From: Rhynchopus sp. YZ270_cl-10
Taxonomy: Eukaryota
Assembly: GCA_964035575.1 (NCBI GenBank)
Contig: OZ037838.1
Location: forward strand, 1,302,001-1,366,000
DNA: 64,000 nucleotides
Direction of reading: 5' to 3'
A program made the translations under genes and the position numbers. Positions 1-11,248 of the stretch are shown here, one piece after another; the stretch's first letter is position 1, and each line of letters begins with the position of its first letter. The notes beneath the pieces were generated by a model. The model searched no databases. It worked only from the letters and a program-made list of their open reading frames with translations, and had not been told where the DNA came from.

Positions 1-501
1 ACCCAGTGGGGCGGGAGCATGGCAGTGTCGGACTGTGGTGGGTGGGTGCTCACGTGCTCCAAAAGTGAGAACAACGCACGTCTGTGGGATGTGAACACAG
101 GTGAAGCTGTGGCATGTGTGCCTATGTCAAGGTGCGTTGTAGCGCTTTCAAGGTCTGCCTCTGTCTTTGCTGTGGGGGTCGATGTGGATGGGGTACAGAG
201 TGTGCAGCTCTACGACTGGAGTGGTGCGGCTCTTCAGAACGCTACTATCTCTGGAAGTGTCTGTGGCGTGCAATTCACCCAGTGTGGGAAGTACCTTGTG
301 GCCCGTTCGCAAGATTATGCTGATAAAGGCTCATACGCAAAGCTGCACCAGTATGATGTGGCGACCATGTCCTGTGTACTTGTGATCCCGGACGTCAGCA
401 ATCAGCCATTTGCGATATCACCGTGTTCGTGTGTGGTTGTGTTCGTATCCTCCGACGAGACCACTATTAGGACAAGACATCTGTACCCCCACAACGAGTG
501 A
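1..501 (+). CDS. Ubl-WD40 family copy 1, 5'-truncated by the window edge (propeller blades 4-7)
   Basis: Open frame from base 1 to TGA at 499-501, with family blocks AVSDCGGWV, RLWDVNTGEAVACVP, QFTQCGKYLV, QYDVATMSCV and TRHLYP. Confidence 0.85.
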   Translation, partial: TQWGGSMAVSDCGGWVLTCSKSENNARLWDVNTGEAVACVPMSRCVVALSRSASVFAVGVDVDGVQSVQLYDWSGAALQNATISGSVCGVQFTQCGKYLVARSQDYADKGSYAKLHQYDVATMSCVLVIPDVSNQPFAISPCSCVVVFVSSDETTIRTRHLYPHNE

Positions 502-922
502 TGTTCATGCTTTGGCACCATGTGAAATGGGTGTGGTGACTTACCCCCTTGTATTCCGTGGAGGCGGAAGAACTGGTGTCGTCAACAGAAGCCTGCGTCT
601 TGCCACCACACACCTATCCAGTGATGGCAGATCTGCATCCACGAGCAAGACACCGCAGACCACCTTGTCGCAGCCGAACACCACATCGCCTCCCGCCAGG
701 CCGCCCTCGTCGCCCTCCACACAGAGATGTGCGCCATGGTGAGACCCATTCATGTCCTCACTGCTGTTTATTTTTGTCCTGTACCCCAGAACTTCTACCC
801 CAACCCAAAACAACGACCCCCATCCCTCGTCCCCTCTTTCCACGTGTGCACCCTCTCAGCTCCTTCAACTGTCCACCCAACAGAACATTCAATTGCATCA
901 CACCAACACAGCTCTTGAAACA

Positions 923-2056
923 ATGATGGATGTGACCTTTGTGCTGGAAGAGTCAGGCGTGACTGCGACAGTGGAGGTGCCGTGCGGGGCAGACGCTGCA
1001 GCGGCAAAGGAGGTTGCGTGCACGGCGCTTGCTGTCTCGCCTGCGTCTGTCGAGATGCGCATCGGCACGCAGGTGCTGGAGGGGACGTGCCGTCTGCAGG
1101 ACACTGCGTTTGGTGCAGGGGTGCAGGTTGTGCTTGCCCGCCCTCGCTTTGCTGACATCAAGTGTCCTGCTGAGTACAGCGCGGATGGGGGCGCGACGTA
1201 TATGTCGCTGTCACGTTGTGGAACGGTCTGCGTTTTTGTGCACTGGAATGGGCTTGTTGAAGGTTTCGACACAGAAACCTTCGACACTGTCTTCTCGTTT
1301 GGAGTGAGAGGTATAGAATGCGCTTTGATGGTACGCGGTGCGCCTGTCATCTCGGTTCACGGTCCACCTGCCATCTCACGGTGCATGACACGCTGCTACC
1401 TGGCGTGTGCGCATCACCTTCTCGAGGTTGCGCTTCCGGGTGGGGAGGTGCTCCGCAAAGTCGAAGGCTCCTCGATGGCAGTGTTCGCGTGTGGCAGTGT
1501 TGTTGTCTCAAAGGGCAAAGACGGCGTCTCTGTGTATGACGAAGACCTGACGTTGCTCCGCTTTCTCTCGCACGAAGGGTGTGAGGGTGAGGCAGTATCG
1601 GACTGTGGTGGGTGGGTGATCACCTCCTCCCTCACTGAGATGAAGGTACGTCTGTGGGATGTGAACACAGGTGAAGCTGTGGCATGTGTGCCTGAGGGTG
1701 ACTGGTGTTCAGTGGCGCTTTCACGGTCTGCCTCTGTCTTTGCTGTGGGGGTGGACAACACCGTGCACCTCTATGACTGGAGTGGTGCGGCTCTTCGCAG
1801 TATTGATGTAGGTGGGGTTGTCGTTGTCATGCAGTTCACCCCGTCTGGGAAGTACCTTGTGGTGGGGATACATGATGACGAAGATCCTCATTATACACAC
1901 CTGCACCAGTATGATGTGGCGACCATGTCTTGTGTGAGTGAACTGCAATGCTCATTTGAGTCATTTGCGATATCGCCATGTTCACGTGTTGTTGTGGTAT
2001 GGGAAGCAGATACCAACATTGCAACAAGACATCTGTACCCATACAACAGTCAGTGA
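923..2056 (+). CDS. Ubl-WD40 family copy 2 (ubiquitin-like domain + 7-blade beta-propeller)
   Basis: ATG-ATG at 923/926 starts the conserved MDVTFVLEESGVTATVEV...LEGTCRLQDT...VQVVLA beta-grasp-like segment, followed by seven WD-like blades. The upstream ORF extension is not conserved between copies. Confidence 0.88.
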   Translation: MMDVTFVLEESGVTATVEVPCGADAAAAKEVACTALAVSPASVEMRIGTQVLEGTCRLQDTAFGAGVQVVLARPRFADIKCPAEYSADGGATYMSLSRCGTVCVFVHWNGLVEGFDTETFDTVFSFGVRGIECALMVRGAPVISVHGPPAISRCMTRCYLACAHHLLEVALPGGEVLRKVEGSSMAVFACGSVVVSKGKDGVSVYDEDLTLLRFLSHEGCEGEAVSDCGGWVITSSLTEMKVRLWDVNTGEAVACVPEGDWCSVALSRSASVFAVGVDNTVHLYDWSGAALRSIDVGGVVVVMQFTPSGKYLVVGIHDDEDPHYTHLHQYDVATMSCVSELQCSFESFAISPCSRVVVVWEADTNIATRHLYPYNSQ

Positions 2057-2941
2057 TGTGTGACCAGGGGGGAGGGTGGCATAATTGTAGTGTCTGATAA
2101 CTGTAAACTGGCAGATATAATGGGGAATAGTCAGCCTACCTTTTTTTTTTTTACCCTCAACAACGCCCGCAAACCCTTTTTGCGGAGCAAAAAACGAAAA
2201 ATGGCGCCGCGGGCAAAAAAAAATTGGGTCCAGCCCTGGACGGTGCCGGATTTTTTTTGTCGATATTTTTTTCCCTTACCCCAGAAAAGGTAATTTATGT
2301 GGTCCACACGCGCTGGTTTTTGTATCTCGCTAATTTTTATCAAAAAGCCTAGTTTCGAGTGCGAAACGTTTCTCCATGTATTGCACGGGAAACAATATGA
2401 CAAACAGGTGCAGGGTAGTTCCGTGCATATCATAGAACTGGCACCTTGTGTGTCTTCCAAAAACCAAAAGCGTTGTGTGAAGTTTTGAAGGAAGGAAAAA
2501 TAAAACCACAACATGCAACACATAACAGTACCTCTCCCCCACCTCATCACTCCCTCCGTTTGTGGTGGAGCAAAGAAGAAGACAAAACAAAGAAAAATAG
2601 CGGATCTCATGCTCGGGGTGTCTGCACTAATCCAAACCAAATTTTCAAAAAAAGTTAGAAGAAAAGTTAGTGGAGCACACTCTAGGGTGGCTACACTAAT
2701 ACAACCAATTTTCAAAAAAAAAAAAAAAAAAAGATAGAAATTTCAAAAACAAAACATTCGCCCAATACAATGGACCTAAAAATTTACCCCCACCAAGTGT
2801 TCCTCTCTCCTTTTCTCTGCCTCTTTCTAGCATTGATGAAGACACTGCAACATAAAAGGAACACACTCACCTCGCTCCACATATTTAATCCCCCTTCCAC
2901 CGCCACCCCAACTACCACATTGCAGTGTATTGAATAAGAGA

Positions 2942-4051
2942 ATGGATGTGACCTTTGTGCTGGAAGAGTCAGGCGTGACTGCGACAGTGGAGGTGCCGTG
3001 CGAGGCGGACGCTGCAGCGGCAAAGGAGGTTGCGTGCACGGCGCTTGCTGTCTCGCCTGCGTCTGTCGAGATGCGCATCGGCACGCAGGTGCTGGAGGGG
3101 ACGTGCCGTCTGCAGGACACTGCGTTTGATTCAGGGGTGCAGGTTGTGCTTGCCCGCCGCTTTGCCAACATCAAGTGTCCTGCTGAGTATCGTGTACAGA
3201 GGGTGCAGAACTTATCGCTGTCTCGTTGTGGAACACTCTGTGTCTATGGTTGTTATGGTACGTTTGACAATGATTATGTTGCACATGTTGATGGCTTCGA
3301 CACAGAAACCTTCAACACTGCCTTCGCTTGTACTCTAGACAGTGGCTGCTTCATGTACGGTCCGCCTACCCTCTCACAGTGCAAAACATGCTGCTACGTG
3401 CCGTGTGGGGATGATTTACGCAAGGTTGCGCTTCCTGGTGGGCAGGTGCTCCGCAAACTCGACGTCCGCTCATACCTAGTATTTGCATGTGGCGGTGTTG
3501 TTGTCTCCAAAGGCAAAAACGGTCTCTCTGTGTATGACGAAGACCTGACGTTGCTCCGCACTCTCTCGCACAAGGATTGCAAGGACATGGCAGTGTCGGA
3601 CTGTGGTGGGTGGGTGATCACCTCCTCCTACAGTGAGAAGAACGCACGTCTGTGGGATGTGAACACAGGGGAAGCTGTAGCATGTGTGCCTGCGGGGGGC
3701 AAATACCAAGTGGCGCTTTCACGGCATGCCGCTGTCTTTGCTGTGGGAGGTGCTGACAGCATCCACCTCTATGACTGGGGAGGTACTGAAGTTCACAGGT
3801 CGATCGGAGGTGGGGAGGTGGGGTGCACGAAACTGCAGTTCACCCCGTGTGGGAAGTACGTTGTGTCTGCGACGCTAGCCGGCAACATAGAACATACACT
3901 GCACCAGTACGATGTGGCGACCATGTCCTGTGTGCGCGTGATCCCGAACGGCAGCTCTCTGTTTGCAATATCGCCGTGTTCACGTGTGGTTGTGTTTAGG
4001 AGTTTTGACGGCAACACCATTGAGACGAGACTTCTGTACCCACGTGAGTGA
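2942..4051 (+). CDS. Ubl-WD40 family copy 3
   Basis: Intact ORF from the conserved ATG at 2942, same architecture. Confidence 0.88.
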   Translation: MDVTFVLEESGVTATVEVPCEADAAAAKEVACTALAVSPASVEMRIGTQVLEGTCRLQDTAFDSGVQVVLARRFANIKCPAEYRVQRVQNLSLSRCGTLCVYGCYGTFDNDYVAHVDGFDTETFNTAFACTLDSGCFMYGPPTLSQCKTCCYVPCGDDLRKVALPGGQVLRKLDVRSYLVFACGGVVVSKGKNGLSVYDEDLTLLRTLSHKDCKDMAVSDCGGWVITSSYSEKNARLWDVNTGEAVACVPAGGKYQVALSRHAAVFAVGGADSIHLYDWGGTEVHRSIGGGEVGCTKLQFTPCGKYVVSATLAGNIEHTLHQYDVATMSCVRVIPNGSSLFAISPCSRVVVFRSFDGNTIETRLLYPRE

Positions 4052-5491
4052 GTGATGTTTGTTACGACTTGCCCGAGGCAGTGCCTGACGGAATCTCGGA
4101 GGGGTATTCGCACGTATTTGTATTTAGTAAACACGTAGTATGTGACAAAATGCTCGTGACCCTCGTGAAAAGTCGCGCGTCTGCGTATCCCCCTCCCCGC
4201 TTGTTTCCCCCCGCTCTCTTTTCTCCCCTCTGCTTCACGACACTTTCTGTACTTCAGGCAAACACAACAATACCGTAAATCAAGTCGAAGAAAAAGAACA
4301 GTGGAGATTGCACGTGGCAACACAACTGAGGCAACTACACTACTCCAACAATTTCAGGGAAATAGCTTGGGTACTTTTACTGGTTTCAAAACCAGAACGT
4401 TACTGGTTTGGGGGAAAATAAAAAAAAAAAGTGGGATTCGGGATTCAGTTTTTCTTCGCCCCCGCACCACTTTCCCACTCACAGAAGAAAGCCTCACACG
4501 TAAGCGAACCCCTAAAAAGGGTTCATTGAGTGACTCTGTGGTTTAAAAAGCTGTATGTTTTGCGCTATACCCTAATTTTTTTCGCCTGCGGCGCCACTTT
4601 ATATTATTTTTTTGCTCCGCAAAAAAATAGAGTTTACAATATCTTAGGGAACCCCCTTGCATTTTGCAGCCACAAATGCAACTTGACCAAAGATGCAAAA
4701 AGTTGACCGTTTTTTTTTTCAAAATGACCCACCGTTGCAACAGCCCCTGCTTCTGGAAGACGTATTGACTTTGTACGGTTAGTGGTAAGGTGCAAGACCA
4801 AGCTCCGTTAACACAGGATTATATTCCATTTTCTTTGTTGTCTCGCACCCTTTGCCTCTCCACTCTGTGGTTGGCAGGGAAGCGCGCGACGACCGCTTTC
4901 AACCGGGGAAAATTTTTTTCTAAACCAGCAAACCAGCAACATTCGAAAAGTGCACCTTTCAAGCTACTACCCTGAACAATTTATCAAAGAAGAAAAAAAA
5001 AGTGGAAGCGAACAACAAACAACCTTTACTTTTTTCCCCCCCCGTTTATAGTCTTTTGAGCAACAAGCAAAGAGGAACGAGTCTCTCGAGCATTTTCGGT
5101 TTACCTTCCACACATTTTTTTTTGGTTCTCTTCACGACACTATTTTTTCCACGATCATGGCATGACGCGCACTGCCCAGACGATTGCATGGAGTAGTACC
5201 CACCTCAAATAGACACGTGTAGTAGAGTGGAGCGAATGCTTGGGCTCAAATGACCATTTTGACCAAAAAAACAAATTGGATTTGAGACTGTGCCAGATGT
5301 TTACTGATCCAGATCGGTACAAAGGAACCACAACAACTGGTTTGACCACCCTTTACGAAGTTTACCTCTTTTTCGCTGTTACCTCGTTTGAACCCTCTCC
5401 TGTTGGGTGGAACTGCAGACACAACGAAAACATCAAACACACGCAACAAAACAACCCACACATCTCCTTCCTAACAGAGGAAGACAAAACC

Positions 5492-6614
5492 ATGGATGTG
5501 ACCTTTGTGCTGGAAGAGTCAGGCGTGACTGCGACAGTGGAGGTGCCGTGCGAGGCGGACGCTGCAGCGGCAAAGGAGGTTGCGTGCACGGCGCTTGCTG
5601 TCTCGCCTGCGTCTGTCGAGATGCGCATCGGCACGCAGGTGCTGGAGGGGACGTGCCGTCTGCAGGACACTGCGTTTGATGCAGGGGTGCAGGTTGTGCT
5701 TGCCCGCCCTCGCTTTGCCGACATCAAGTGTCCTGCAGAATATAATGTGCAGCAGTGTCGCTGGGTAGAGATGGACTGGCGCGTTGGTGGTACTGCGTTT
5801 TCGGAGTACGTATCGCTGTCGCGTTGTGGCGCACTCTGCCTCTACAGTGATGGCAGGCATGTTGGTGGCTTCGACACAGAAACCTTTCTCAATGTCTTCG
5901 ACCTCACAATGGCCTATCGTCCGTACCGTGCGCCTGCCATCTCGCAGTGCAAGACACGCTGTTACATGGCTTGTAGGGAACACTTAAGCGAAGTTGCGCT
6001 TCCGGGTGGGGAGGTGCTCCGCAAAGTTGACGGCATCTCGCGCTCAGTGTACGCGTGTGGCAGTGTTGTCGTCTCCCTGAGCCTACACGGGGTCTCTGTG
6101 TATGACGAAGACCTGACGTTGCTCCGCTCTCTCTCGCATTTGCAGTGCAGGAAAGCGGCAGTATCGGACTGTGGTGGGTGGGTGATCACCTGCTCCCTTC
6201 AGTGAGAAGAACGCACGTCTGTGGGATGTGAACACAGGTGAAGCTGTGGCATGTGTGCCTATCGAGGAGGAATACCACGAAGTAGCGCTTTCACGGTCTG
6301 CCTCTGTCTTTGCTGTGGGGGACTCTCACGAAGTACGGCTCTATGACTGGAGAGGTGAGGCTCTTCGCAGTGTTGATGTGGATGGGGATATCGACGACAT
6401 GCACTTCACACCATGTGGAAAGTACCTTGTGGTCAATGTTTTCAGTCGCCGAAGTTCTAAGCTGCAACAGTATGATGTGGCGACCCTTTCCTGTGTGCAT
6501 GTACTCACGGAAATAGGACGTATCGGGTTTGTGATATCGCCCTGTTCACGTGTCGTTGTGTTTCCGTCCAATAATCGTAAAAACATTGTGACACGCCACC
6601 TGTACCCAGAATAG
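5492..6614 (+). pseudogene. Ubl-WD40 family copy 4 with a single +1 frameshift (pseudogene or assembly error)
   Basis: TGCTCCCTTCAGTGAGAAG at 6191 versus TGCTCCTTCAGTGAGAAG in copy 9: one extra C at 6195-6197. ORFs 5240..6205 and 6228..6614 join into one full-length protein. Confidence 0.75.
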
Positions 6615-6875
6615 TTGGTGCCTGCGTGTGACGTTAGCCCTGTGCCACCAGAGTCGTCTACACCAGGAGCTCTGTCTTTGCTGTGGACATATTCATGTGC
6701 TCACTGCCCGTTCTATTTGGCCTTTGTGTTCAGCTTCCTTTCCTGTACTCAGAACTTTTACCCCGTCCAAACAAAAGACCCCCATCCTCTTTCCACGTGT
6801 CCACCCTCTCAGCTCCTTCAACTGTCCACCCAACAGAACATTAAATTACATCACACCAACACAGCTCTTGAAACA

Positions 6876-8012
6876 ATGATGGATGTGACCTTTGTGCTGG
6901 AGGAGTCCGGCGTGACTGCGACAGTGGAGGTGCCGTGCGAGGCGGACGTTGCAGCGGCAAAGGAGGTTGCGTGCACGGCGCTTGCTGTCTCGCCTGCGTC
7001 TGTCGAGATGCGCATCGGCACGCAGGTGCTGGAGGGGACGTGCCGTCTGCAGGACACTGCGTTTGATTCAGGGGTGCAGGTTGTGCTTGCCCGCCGCTTG
7101 GCCGACATCAAGTGTCCTGCTGAGTACAGTATTGAGGTGCCACCTGGAACGCATCGGATGTATCTACATCGCTTTTCGCTGTCTCCTTGTGGAGCACTCT
7201 GCCTCTGTACACATCAGCAAGGCTATGTCACCGGCCTCGATACAGAAACCTTCAGCCCTGCCTTCAAGTTCAAAGTAGACTTTGAGGTGCGCGGTGAGCC
7301 TGCCATCTCACGGTGCAAGACACGCTGCTACCTGGCGTGCAAGGAAGTCCTTCTCGATGTTGCGCTTCCGGGTGGGGAAGTGCTCCGTAAAGTCGACGGC
7401 ATCTCGCGCTCAGTGTTCGCGTGTGGCGGTGTTGTTGTCTCCCAAGGCGAAAGAAGCGTCTCTGTGTATGACGAAGACCTGACGTTGCTCCGCTCTCTCT
7501 CGCTCGAAGGGTGTGCGGACATAGCAGTGTCGGACTGTGGTGGGTGGGTGATGACCTCCTCCAACAAGGAGAACAACGTACGTCTGTGGGATGTGAACAC
7601 AGGTGAAGCTGTTGCATGTGTACCGTTGGGGGAGCGGCGCTGTAGAGTGGTGGCGCTTTTACGGTCTGCCTCTGTCTTTGCTGTGGGGCAGAAAGAAGTC
7701 CGGCTCTATGATTGGAGTGGTGAGGCTCTTCGCAGTATTGATGTGGATGGGTCTCTCGAGTCTGTGCAGTTCACCCCGTGTGGGAAGTACCTTGTGGTAT
7801 GTGGAGAGGTCCTGGTTCCTGTTGAGGGTGAATACGGAACTGAGTATGATGAGGATGGTTACCTGCACCAGTATGATGTGGCGACCATGTCCTGTGTGCG
7901 TGTAATATCTCAAGAGTCATATGTGTCCTTTGCGATATCGCCGTGTTCACGCGTTGTTGTGGGTATGCAGCCAGATGGTGTCATTGTGACGAGATATCTG
8001 TACCGTGAGTGA
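6876..8012 (+). CDS. Ubl-WD40 family copy 5
   Basis: Intact ORF from ATG 6876/6879, with a long acidic loop in blade 6. Confidence 0.88.
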   Translation: MMDVTFVLEESGVTATVEVPCEADVAAAKEVACTALAVSPASVEMRIGTQVLEGTCRLQDTAFDSGVQVVLARRLADIKCPAEYSIEVPPGTHRMYLHRFSLSPCGALCLCTHQQGYVTGLDTETFSPAFKFKVDFEVRGEPAISRCKTRCYLACKEVLLDVALPGGEVLRKVDGISRSVFACGGVVVSQGERSVSVYDEDLTLLRSLSLEGCADIAVSDCGGWVMTSSNKENNVRLWDVNTGEAVACVPLGERRCRVVALLRSASVFAVGQKEVRLYDWSGEALRSIDVDGSLESVQFTPCGKYLVVCGEVLVPVEGEYGTEYDEDGYLHQYDVATMSCVRVISQESYVSFAISPCSRVVVGMQPDGVIVTRYLYRE

Positions 8013-8366
8013 TGTATGACCAGGGGGAGGGGAGGGGGGGTGGTGATGAATATAACCCAGAGTCCCAGCAAAAAAACCCAAGCCTCTCATAACACCCCAA
8101 GAAACTCCCCTTTCAGCCCTGTTGCTGCTTTTCTCTTGTTTGCATGCCACAGGTCGCCCACCTTACACGCTGCCCATGCGGTGCTCTAGTGTGGGTGACA
8201 GATCACGATGCCGAGCATCATTTTCCATTCGTCACCTCTCACAACGAGAACCACCACAAACATGCAACACAGAACAACACCTCTCCCCCACCCACCTCAT
8301 CACTCCCTCCGTTTGTGGTGGAGCAAACGTGCTGATTTGCACCTTCTCACGAAGCAACGCAACACA

Positions 8367-9488
8367 ATGATGGATGTGACCTTTGTGCTGGAAGAGTCAG
8401 GCGTGACTGCGACAGTGGAGGTGCCGTGCGAGGCGAAGGTTGCAGCGGCAAAGGAGGTTGCGTGCACGGCGCTTGCTGTCTCGCCTGCGTCTGTCGAGAT
8501 GCGCATCGGCACGCAGGTGCTGGAGGGGACGTGCCGTCTGCAGGACACTGCGTTTGATTCAGGGGTGCAGGTTGTGCTTGCCTGCCGCTTTGCCGACGCC
8601 AAGTGTCCTGCTGAGTACACTGCAGCGCGTGCGACAGACTTGTTACTGTCGCGTTGTGGAGCGCTCTGCGTTTATAATTTTAATTCGCACGGGAGTGTGC
8701 ATGTTGGCGGCTTCGACACAGAAACCTTCGACACTATCTTCTCCTTTACAGTGGGCAATGTCGTGCACGGTGCGCCTGCCATCTCGCAGTGCAAGACACG
8801 CTGCTACCTGGCGTGTTGGAACGCAGGACTTCTCGAGGTTGCGCTTCCGGGTGGGGAGGTGCTCCGCAAAGTCGACAGCACCTCGTACTCAGTGTACGCG
8901 TGTGGCGGTGTTGTTGTCTCCGATGACAAAGACGGCGTCTCTGTGTATGACGAAGACTTGACGTTGCTCCGCTCTCTCTCGCACGAAGCGTGCGAGGACA
9001 TGGCAGTGTCGGACTGTGGTGGGTGGGTGATCACCTCCTCCAACAAGGAGAGGAACGTACGTCTGTGGGATGTGAACACAGGTGAATCTGTTGCATGTGT
9101 GCCGATGGAGGGGTGGTGTGGGGTGGCGCTTTCACGTTCTGCCTCTGTCTTTGCTGTGGATTGCTATACCACCGTGCACCTCTATGACTGGAGTGGTGCG
9201 GCTCTTGGCAGCTTTGATGTGGGTGGCAGTGTCAAGGGCATGCAGTTCACCCAGTGTGGGAAGTACCTTGTGGTGAGGGTTCGGGTTGTGCAACCTTTGG
9301 ATGATGGTGATTGCATTGTAGAGCGGCACCTGCACCAGTATGATGTGGCGACCATGTCCTGTGTGCATGAGATACCGCAAAGGTTTGTCGAGTCATTTGC
9401 GATGTCGCCGTGTTCACGTGTCGTTATGGTTTTGCAATCCAATGGCGTCATTGTAACGAGACATCTATACCCACACAACAGTGAGTGA
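8367..9488 (+). CDS. Ubl-WD40 family copy 6
   Basis: Intact ORF from ATG 8367/8370. Confidence 0.88.
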   Translation: MMDVTFVLEESGVTATVEVPCEAKVAAAKEVACTALAVSPASVEMRIGTQVLEGTCRLQDTAFDSGVQVVLACRFADAKCPAEYTAARATDLLLSRCGALCVYNFNSHGSVHVGGFDTETFDTIFSFTVGNVVHGAPAISQCKTRCYLACWNAGLLEVALPGGEVLRKVDSTSYSVYACGGVVVSDDKDGVSVYDEDLTLLRSLSHEACEDMAVSDCGGWVITSSNKERNVRLWDVNTGESVACVPMEGWCGVALSRSASVFAVDCYTTVHLYDWSGAALGSFDVGGSVKGMQFTQCGKYLVVRVRVVQPLDDGDCIVERHLHQYDVATMSCVHEIPQRFVESFAMSPCSRVVMVLQSNGVIVTRHLYPHNSE

Positions 9489-9903
9489 TGTGTTCCCAGA
9501 GAGGGTGGTGATGAATATACCCAGCAAAAAACAGACAAGTCCCCTTTTGTAGGTGGTATTGGGGGATAGGTATCATATTTGACACCTTAAATGTCCATAA
9601 TTGCCGTTTTTTTCCCTCTATTCACAACCACGAATTCACTGCGATTTGGAAACCCCTTACTCCGGGCCTCGACCTTCTGTTGTTGGCCGCAGGGTACGTG
9701 TGCTTTCATCCGGAGTGGTGGTGGAATCTTACGTGGGTCAGTCGGAGGTGCCTGCATCAATAACTTCAATCTCCTTTCCTACGACAAGAACCACCACAAA
9801 CATGCAACACAGAACAACACCTCTCCCCCACCCACCTCATCACTCCCTCCTGTGGTGGAGCAAACGTGCTGATTTGCACCTTCTCACGAAGCAACGCAAC
9901 ACA

Positions 9904-10983
9904 ATGGATGTGACCTTTGTGCTGGAAGAGTCAGGCGTGACTGCGACAGTGGAGGTGCCGTGCGAGGCGGACGTTGCAGCGGCAAAGGAGGTTGCGTGCA
10001 CGGCGCTTGCTGTCTCGCCTGCGTCTGTCGAGATGCGCATCGGCACGCAGGTGCTGGAGGGGACGTGCCGTCTGCAGGACACTGCGTTTGATGCAGGGGT
10101 GCAGGTTGTGCTTGCCCGCCCTCGCTTTGCCGACATCAAGTGTCCTGCTGAGTACAGTGCAACAGATGTGGAAAACTTGTCGCTGTCGCGTTGTGGAACG
10201 CTCTGCATCTATGTTCATCATAGGCATGTTGGCGGCTTCGACACAGAAACCTTCGACACTGTCTTCTCATTTGAAGTGGACACCAAAGTGATCCGTGGGC
10301 CTGCCATCTCGCAGTGCAAGACACGCTGCTACCTGCCATGTGGGGACTACCTACTCGAGGTTGCGCTTCCTGGTGGGGAGGTGCTCCGCAAAGTCGACGG
10401 CACCTCGATAGAAGTGTTCGCATGTGGCGATGTTGTTCTCTCCCAGGGCTTAGAAGGCGTGTCTGTGTATGACGAAGACATGACGTTGCTCCGCTCTCTC
10501 GCGCACGAGTTGTGCAGGAATGTAGCAGTGTCGCCCTGTGCTGAGTGGGTGATCACCTCCTCCTACAAGGAGAAGGAGGCACGTCTGTGGGATGTGAACA
10601 CAGGTGAAGCTGTTGCATGTGTACCTGCGCAGGGGTGGTGTAAAGTGGCGCTTTCACGGTATGCTTCTGTCTTTGCTGTGGAGGGGGTGGGAAATACCGT
10701 GCAGCTCTATGATTGGAGTGGTGCGGCTCTTCGCAGTGTTGATGTGGATGAGACAATCCGGGGCATGCAGTTCACACCATGTGGGAAGTACCTTGTGGTA
10801 AAGACTACATATGCGGGGCACCAGTATGATGTGGCGACCATGTCCTGTGTGCGTGTGTTCCCTGTCGTAGCTTTCTACTCTTCCTTTGCGATATCGCCGT
10901 GTTCACGTGTGGTTGTGTTCAAAGCAGCAAGAGGTGACACACAATGTGACGTTCTTTTCACTAGACATCTGTACCCCTACTGA
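9904..10983 (+). CDS. Ubl-WD40 family copy 7
   Basis: Intact ORF from ATG 9904. Confidence 0.88.
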   Translation: MDVTFVLEESGVTATVEVPCEADVAAAKEVACTALAVSPASVEMRIGTQVLEGTCRLQDTAFDAGVQVVLARPRFADIKCPAEYSATDVENLSLSRCGTLCIYVHHRHVGGFDTETFDTVFSFEVDTKVIRGPAISQCKTRCYLPCGDYLLEVALPGGEVLRKVDGTSIEVFACGDVVLSQGLEGVSVYDEDMTLLRSLAHELCRNVAVSPCAEWVITSSYKEKEARLWDVNTGEAVACVPAQGWCKVALSRYASVFAVEGVGNTVQLYDWSGAALRSVDVDETIRGMQFTPCGKYLVVKTTYAGHQYDVATMSCVRVFPVVAFYSSFAISPCSRVVVFKAARGDTQCDVLFTRHLYPY

Positions 10984-11248
10984 GTGATGCAGTCCACCCT
11001 GTGTGGGAAGTACCTCCTCGCTGTCGCTGAGTACTGCGGTGTGTTGCTATCGTGTGTTGCATCAGTATTTGCGTTGCACCCTCGACCTACTAGACTGTGA
11101 GGAAATTCATTTGTACGAGTATGTAATACGTCTGGAAATGAAGGACGCGCTCTTCGGTTGCCATGTGTCTTACCGTGTTCCCCTTCCCCCCTTTTGTTCT
11201 CCACCTCTCCCGTACTTCAGGACGCGGGGGTTTGAAAAATAAAATGAA

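Noticed and set aside
752..922. N-terminal extensions of Ubl-WD40 ORFs shown in the ORF track (also at 5240, 6615, 8208, 9601, 12789, 25386, 26828, 32678)
   Set aside because: They are not conserved in frame or sequence, and many begin at non-ATG codons; homology starts at (M)MDVTF.
795..1761. Recurrent antisense and alternative-frame ORFs over each copy (MRARRLLSRL..., ...ASTTCTPASNAV..., MITHPPQSDT...)
   Set aside because: Shadows of the GC-rich conserved cassette, with variable ends and no independent signal.
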